64,000 bases of DNA from Schizochytrium sp. TIO01 (taxonomy: Eukaryota; Protista; Bigyra: Labyrinthulomycetes). The position numbers were made by a program, and so were the translations under genes. Under the pieces are notes generated by a model. That model did not search any database, was not told the origin of the DNA, and was given only the letters and a program-made list of their open reading frames with translations. The stretch lies in contig SMSO01000005.1 in the NCBI GenBank assembly GCA_004764695.1, forward strand, positions 124,001-188,000, in the 5' to 3' direction. Shown piece by piece: positions 58,429-64,000 of this stretch. Every line of letters starts with the position of its first letter. Position 1 is the stretch's first letter.

Positions 58429-61400
58429 ATGGGCTTCACAATGCATACTCGATCATTGCTCCTTTTGATTCTTTTCAATTTGACTCTTCTCCTCTTTGCG
58501 CCTGCTCGTGCTACTCCCACCACATCATCATATACGATCAGTGGATTCATTACCTACTCTGAGGTTGTTCAAAGCAACTCTGTAGAATGTGGAGTTCCTG
58601 GTGCCATCATCGTGGCCAGCATTGATGAAACTGAATACGCAAGGACAGAATCATCTGCTTCTGGAGCATTCAGTCTTGATTTGCAAAGCGATGGTAGCAC
58701 ATACACAATCTATATGTTGGGTGTCTCAGACTGGTACACTGCATCGTCTGACAGTGCCAATCTCTTTGTCAGTGGCACAGCAGTAACATCAGATATCACA
58801 GACGTCAACTTCACAGCTTCTACAAGGTCCTTCACGGCCATTGTCTCTGCGACGCAATGCGGGTTTGACGTTGGCGAGGTTTCTCTCTCTTTTAAAGCAT
58901 CATCATGTGATGCTTTGACGAAATCATACGGGGCTACATTTGAGAATACTGGCGTCATTGATCTTCCACCTATTCCTATGAGAATAAATGACTTCGCCTT
59001 GACTGATGCAAGCAGCAGCGACAGCACCGTTCAAGCTCTAGCGGATCTTGAATTTAGTAATCAAGATATTTCAGCCACATCTTCCAGTGGTCAGTTCGTG
59101 TACCACCCTGTGCCTACATTGACCGCCTCTGTACCAGACTACGACCTCACGTTCCTGACCGGGGGCACATGCACAGGTGACACAGCGTTTGTTGTTCCAG
59201 CGGGTTCTGCAGTCGACTTGAAAGTGACCTTCGAGCAAACCTTTATATCCCCAAGTACCAATTCTGAAGAGACCTGCTTTACGACTCCGTCTAACACTTA
59301 CGTACAACTCACAGATCTTAATTATGACTGTCCATACCAATGTCATGAGGAAATGCAAACGTCAAATAGTTCTGAAACTCTGGTGCATTATTTCAATACG
59401 CTACCATTCAATCCAGCTGACATAAATGCAGAATCTTACATCCAGAAGATCAAACTTTCCCTTGTGGGAGATAAAGGCTGGCCCGAAAGCAAGTCACCAT
59501 CGCTGACGATCCCATTCATCGTGTCAGGGCATAGTGTGTATGTTGATCAAGTGTTAACATCTCCTGTTGAAGTAAACAGTGACGTTCCACTCTTCTTTTT
59601 GTATGCTCCGCCTTCTCCAGACTCCGAGGTGACGATTGAAAGCCCCGACATCAATCTGTACCTTACGAACGACTATGTGAGTGTTGACGGTACCTTAGAC
59701 TCTGAAATACCTTTCGCATTTGATACATCTGAGCTCGTGCTGGGCAATATCACGGAGATAGGATCACTTAAGGCCTCAGCAGAAACTGGCGACCTTGTAG
59801 TACTATTGCTGAGAGATATAAATGTGACGGTGGCAACAAATGTAACGTTTGACGAGAGTACATGCGCCCTTGAACAAGGTAACAGCAACAATACTGCTTG
59901 GTGGAGCATATCCGATCCGCGAATAGCGACTCTGTATAGAAGCGAGTGTGAGGATTACCTCGACTCGGTGCTCGACTATTACTCTGTAGTATCTATAAAA
60001 ACACACCAGTACAACACATCATGCAGCTTAAATGTCGAAAATATGAAATGGCAGCAAGACCGTTGGCTTAATCTCTTTCGAATTTGGGACGAAGATAAAA
60101 TTACAGCAAGAATGAACCCGGTAAACTTTTCACGCATCCAAAGTTTTTCAACTTTCGGCGATTCTGACTCATTTGGTGTGAGCGACTCTGATCCTTATAA
60201 ACTTTGGGTTAACAAGACAGCTACCGGCTTTTCGACAAGAATTGGCAACTCGTCTGACTCCCGTGCGTTTGAAATCTCTACATCAACCTCCGCAGATCGC
60301 ACAGAGGGTAATTACTTAGTTGAAATGACGGAATACAGTATGTCGGCCCAGATCATCAAATCAGAAACCGTGACAATGCAATACAGCTCCGATGTATCTA
60401 GCTATGTTACGCTCAATGCAACAGATGCATTCTATTGCTTTAAGGCGTTTCGTTCACCCCTGTCTGGGTCATATGTCTACGAATTTTGTGAAGAGACCCC
60501 TTGCGTTTTGGAGCGTACGTTTGACTCCTTGTATGCAGATCGTCTGTATCCGAGCTCGGCAGACGGAGGTGACGGTGCGTACAGCACGTACGAGGTCTTT
60601 CTAAATACATCTGGGAGAGCTGTGACCTCGGATCGGCCTCTCAGTGTACAACTATTCTTTGATATGATCGACTTTGACTCATACGTTATCAAAGTGAACA
60701 ATGAGGTCGTTGGTAATTCGCAAGATATCAATATCACTGTCTCCACGAGTGAGGTGGACCCATCCTTCAAACTGACGGTATCTCCCCAAAACACGACCGT
60801 TCACTACACAAACTTGAATATCAAGGCATCTACCGCTTGTGGTACAAACGCTGAATTGCCACTAAGCTTCAACTTTTATGCTACAGAATGCCAGGGAGCC
60901 AGTCTAGCGATTGTACCAAGCGCTTTGACGACAAGTTATCCTATCATGAACATCTCTTACACTACCTGGCAGAAATTTGACGAATTTAGGGATACATTTA
61001 CGGTTGTTACCGAGTGGTACGGAGATGCTGGTGGGGAAGTGGTTACTTGGCCTTACTTGGAAGATAGTCAGAACTATACCAATGTTAAGCTCAGCCCGTA
61101 TTCTGGCTATCTACTTTATAATTACACAGCTGAGATCGCTGAGTACATTCATCCAGATAGCGTTGTTGCAAAGATACGCCATATGCGAACCCACATCTTC
61201 AATAAGTGTTCTGACAGTAATAGCCGCGTCATCTACTCCAACCAGGTCGGCCACATCACGGCTTATTCGTCTCCAAGGTTTCTCGCATACACAGCTCACG
61301 AGTCATCCGAAACTCTTGCAAATGCTTACCCAGTCGCTAACTTTCGGTTTAATACCGAGGTGGACTGCCAAGCATCGGATCTGAAGGTGATAGCAACATT

Positions 61401-61941
61401 AGATTCTAACCGTAACATGACAGTGGCGGGCGAAATTGTATGCTCGTCGACACTCAGAGATCTCACAGTGGTGCTCCGATTTACCGACGACACTGAGGTC
61501 GAAGCATGGTCAGGAGAGCTCGTGGAATTCGAATTCTTTGGCCTTTCTGATTTATTTGGTAACGCGCGTCAAAGCAACATTACAGGATCAATTGTGATTC
61601 CTATTCTACCAGGCTTCAACGCCGATGTGGCATGGCCGACACAGACTGTTGAGGAACTGCAAGTATATATTGATGCAACTAAACAGAGATATGTAGGGCA
61701 GGACAAGATCCCAATTACGTATTACGGAGAAGATCTTTCTAGTAGTTCAGGCCGAAGTATCAAGACAAAGATAATCGTTGGCGTGATTGTAGGTGTGATC
61801 GGCGCTGCATTGGTAGTCGGTCTTGGATATTTCTTGCTACGTCGCAGTGGCAGAGCATGCTTTGCTAAGAAAGTATCACATGATGAGCTGGAAGCGGGCC
61901 ATCTAAGGGCACGGAATCCGTCCTACACAGGCGAGCACTAA
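58429..61941 (+). CDS. Large type I membrane glycoprotein (signal peptide, multi beta-sandwich ectodomain, TM, short NPxY tail)
   Basis: Signal peptide LLLLILFNLTLLLFAPARA. S/T-rich ectodomain with many NxS/T sites. TM IIVGVIVGVIGAALVVGLGYFLL followed by RR. Tail RNPSYTGEH. Confidence 0.85.
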   Translation: MGFTMHTRSLLLLILFNLTLLLFAPARATPTTSSYTISGFITYSEVVQSNSVECGVPGAIIVASIDETEYARTESSASGAFSLDLQSDGSTYTIYMLGVSDWYTASSDSANLFVSGTAVTSDITDVNFTASTRSFTAIVSATQCGFDVGEVSLSFKASSCDALTKSYGATFENTGVIDLPPIPMRINDFALTDASSSDSTVQALADLEFSNQDISATSSSGQFVYHPVPTLTASVPDYDLTFLTGGTCTGDTAFVVPAGSAVDLKVTFEQTFISPSTNSEETCFTTPSNTYVQLTDLNYDCPYQCHEEMQTSNSSETLVHYFNTLPFNPADINAESYIQKIKLSLVGDKGWPESKSPSLTIPFIVSGHSVYVDQVLTSPVEVNSDVPLFFLYAPPSPDSEVTIESPDINLYLTNDYVSVDGTLDSEIPFAFDTSELVLGNITEIGSLKASAETGDLVVLLLRDINVTVATNVTFDESTCALEQGNSNNTAWWSISDPRIATLYRSECEDYLDSVLDYYSVVSIKTHQYNTSCSLNVENMKWQQDRWLNLFRIWDEDKITARMNPVNFSRIQSFSTFGDSDSFGVSDSDPYKLWVNKTATGFSTRIGNSSDSRAFEISTSTSADRTEGNYLVEMTEYSMSAQIIKSETVTMQYSSDVSSYVTLNATDAFYCFKAFRSPLSGSYVYEFCEETPCVLERTFDSLYADRLYPSSADGGDGAYSTYEVFLNTSGRAVTSDRPLSVQLFFDMIDFDSYVIKVNNEVVGNSQDINITVSTSEVDPSFKLTVSPQNTTVHYTNLNIKASTACGTNAELPLSFNFYATECQGASLAIVPSALTTSYPIMNISYTTWQKFDEFRDTFTVVTEWYGDAGGEVVTWPYLEDSQNYTNVKLSPYSGYLLYNYTAEIAEYIHPDSVVAKIRHMRTHIFNKCSDSNSRVIYSNQVGHITAYSSPRFLAYTAHESSETLANAYPVANFRFNTEVDCQASDLKVIATLDSNRNMTVAGEIVCSSTLRDLTVVLRFTDDTEVEAWSGELVEFEFFGLSDLFGNARQSNITGSIVIPILPGFNADVAWPTQTVEELQVYIDATKQRYVGQDKIPITYYGEDLSSSSGRSIKTKIIVGVIVGVIGAALVVGLGYFLLRRSGRACFAKKVSHDELEAGHLRARNPSYTGEH

Positions 61942-62549
61942 CTATAACAATGCATAGGGTACGCAAAATTAAAATACTCAGATAAAGTTGAGTTCTTATC
62001 TCTGACTGCATGTATAAACAAATTCAGCTATATCCCAAACTTTTGCTTATAACAAATTCCTTGTGGATAGTGTGTGGTGTCAGTGAACAGGCTATGTTTT
62101 AGAGAATACTTGTTATTTCTGAAAAGACTTTCAAGATCTAAGGAATACTCAATATACAAAGTTCGACAGGATAACCTGGCAATTCGAATCATGGCGTCTT
62201 GCATTTGACAAGGTTAAAGAGCTCAACGCAGTGAGAAGGCACTTTTATTTTTTTTAAAAACAAGAAACCCTACTTGAATATCCAGGTATTCGTCTGATTT
62301 CCATAAAGGTGAATATGCTTTGATACTACTCTTGATTCGTTCTGAATGCGCTCATCATACTTGAGTTGATCTTGATTTTCAAGTTTCCGAAACTTCGCCA
62401 GTGTGATAGACTCACGAATTCGATGTGACAATGAGGTCCCAGCTGCACTCGTCTGTTTTTGTATCATGAGATAATGCAAGATCTTGCTGCAATGTTATCG
62501 CAATTTCTGGAGAGTCCGAACGATGTTATTAAGTCCATAATTGAACTTG

Positions 62550-63998
62550 TTATTTCGCATGTGTGATATCCTCTAATTGGGAAGTAGGAAGCTTGGCTCG
62601 CTTCGAAGAGCCAGAAGAGTTAGAAGAGTGAAACAGAGTTCTCTTACATTGTCCTGTAGAATTACAAGCCTTTTCTTCTAAAATGGAATGAGAGACTTTA
62701 GAATGTCCTCTGGTTGTTTGTAAATCATTTAATTCTATAAGAAGCGCTCGGCAAAGTTCCATACAACATGTCTGACAAACCTCCCTTTTAGAAGCACCCT
62801 CAATTCCTGATGATGATTTATCCGACACTATTCCCAAACGAATCACTCGAGATACGTCATTATTTCTCATATTTTTTCCAGTTTCAGGAGGTGAAATAAT
62901 TGATTTCCGTGTGCCACCTGTACTGTTAGGAGTGGTTTCTGAGAACGTCCTGCGTTGCAAAGAGCCAGAAGAATCTGCATTATCCCTCTCTATTTCCTGT
63001 CGAATGGATATGTTAAGCAAAAAGCTATTATGTACCTCTGTACAAATTTCTTTGTCGTCATTTTCACTTTGCCTTTGATCACAGACTTTGCATATCTTTG
63101 TTTGATCAAAACTATGCGATAGAGATCCAGTCTCAGCTTCAAATTTAACAATGCTCCTTTGTTGGTTCTTTCTTGCAGGCCCAATAGAAAGTGGACGACT
63201 TACAACACAATCAGTTGGCTTTGCTGCGCTCGGAATATTTAGGATTTGTTCTCTCTCAAATTTCAGTTCAGGTTCTCCCGAAGCGTTAATTGTAGACACT
63301 TGAGCGTGAACTATATTCTGAGAAACATGAGGGATCCTACCTATTTCTGACCTTTCCAGGTTGCTCTGAATAATGCCTTTTAAAATGGTATGCCTCTCTC
63401 CCCCTTGTAAGTGAATAGTAGTCGGCATAGCATCCAGTTTTGTCGAAGGAGTTATTGAATCAACTTCGTCATCTGTATCAATTTGGGTATCTAGGTATGT
63501 GCTTGTTGTGAAATCTTCTATCTCAGAACTGCGTTTGCATGAAGATGTTGAATAATCGGCTTCGTCATCTGTATCAATCTGGGTATCTTGCTGGGTGCTT
63601 GCTTTAGGGTCTTCTCTCTCAGAACTGCGTTTGCAAGAAGATGTTGAATAATCGGCTTCGTCATCTGTATCAATCTGGGTATCTTGCTGGGTGCTTGCTT
63701 TAGGGTCTTCTCTCTCAGAACTGCGTTTGCAAGAAGATGTTGTTGAATAATCGGCTTCGTCATCTGTATCAATCTGGGTATCTTGCCGGGTGCTTGTTTT
63801 GAGATCTTCTATCTCAGAAGAGTGTTTGCAAGAAGATCTTGTTGAATCGGCTTCGTCATCTGTATCAATTTGGGTATTCTGAACTGTAAATTCGTTCTCA
63901 TGAGGTTGATTAGGTTTGATACCTGTTTCTCTTTTGTATGCGCTACTATCGCTACTTTGTGAAGCCTTTTTGTCCTGAAGGCTCGTAGTACACTCACC
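62550..63998 (-). CDS. 3' part of a large low-complexity protein with TQIDTDDE tandem repeats (start lies beyond the window)
   Basis: The frame of ORF 62550-63428 stays open upstream through the repeats to 63998 when translated by hand. Confidence 0.7.
   Translation of the reverse strand, partial: GECTTSLQDKKASQSSDSSAYKRETGIKPNQPHENEFTVQNTQIDTDDEADSTRSSCKHSSEIEDLKTSTRQDTQIDTDDEADYSTTSSCKRSSEREDPKASTQQDTQIDTDDEADYSTSSCKRSSEREDPKASTQQDTQIDTDDEADYSTSSCKRSSEIEDFTTSTYLDTQIDTDDEVDSITPSTKLDAMPTTIHLQGGERHTILKGIIQSNLERSEIGRIPHVSQNIVHAQVSTINASGEPELKFEREQILNIPSAAKPTDCVVSRPLSIGPARKNQQRSIVKFEAETGSLSHSFDQTKICKVCDQRQSENDDKEICTEVHNSFLLNISIRQEIERDNADSSGSLQRRTFSETTPNSTGGTRKSIISPPETGKNMRNNDVSRVIRLGIVSDKSSSGIEGASKREVCQTCCMELCRALLIELNDLQTTRGHSKVSHSILEEKACNSTGQCKRTLFHSSNSSGSSKRAKLPTSQLEDITHAK
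63465..63875 (-). repeat. Coding minisatellite, 96-99 bp unit, about 4.3 units
   Basis: TTCGTCATCTGTATCAAT starts at 63465, 63561, 63657, 63756 and 63852 (spacings 96, 96, 99, 96). Confidence 0.95.
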
Positions 63999-64000
63999 GG

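Noticed and set aside
63465-63875. Regularly spaced repeats as a CRISPR array
   Set aside because: The intervening sequences are themselves repeated and in frame, and there are no cas genes. It is a coding minisatellite.
63518-63997. Track ORFs MIQMTKPII... and MSVLRAF...
   Set aside because: Alternative frame of the repeat, interrupted by stops. The fully open frame is the TQIDTDDE one.
1-64000. tRNA, rRNA, snRNA or TPP riboswitch
   Set aside because: No convincing signature found by eye. A tRNAscan-SE/Infernal scan is needed to exclude them.

Overview
Eukaryotic, gene-dense, intron-poor genomic DNA. It has GT-AG introns, PAN3, SRP9, dynein-2 WDR34, a UBX protein and a TKL kinase. Gene content and microsatellite-rich AT-biased spacers are most consistent with a flagellated heterotrophic stramenopile such as a thraustochytrid/labyrinthulomycete (inference). 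About 20 protein-coding genes are supportable: UPF0489-like, BAR-like, AFG2/CDC48-like AAA+, LYRM7, PAN3, polyprenyl synthase, CTL/SLC44 transporter, a small Ubl, WDR34, a PA-TM-RING ligase, SRP9, SerC, a BH0493-type uronate isomerase, TKL kinase, UBA-UAS-UBX, Elongin B-like, two paralogous unknown proteins, a large type I membrane protein and a partial repeat protein. Three genes need splicing that the ORF track misses (Ubl, SRP9, UBX). Three genes carry single-base frame breaks, most likely assembly indels. No tRNA, rRNA, CRISPR array or intact mobile element was recognised. The best leads are a tandem pair sharing a domain I cannot assign, a five-copy TQIDTDDE phospho-docking-like repeat, three prokaryote-type enzymes, a bacterial-like NPxY receptor, and a recurrent CTATAACCTA upstream motif. 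All family assignments are from motif recognition by eye, not database searches.
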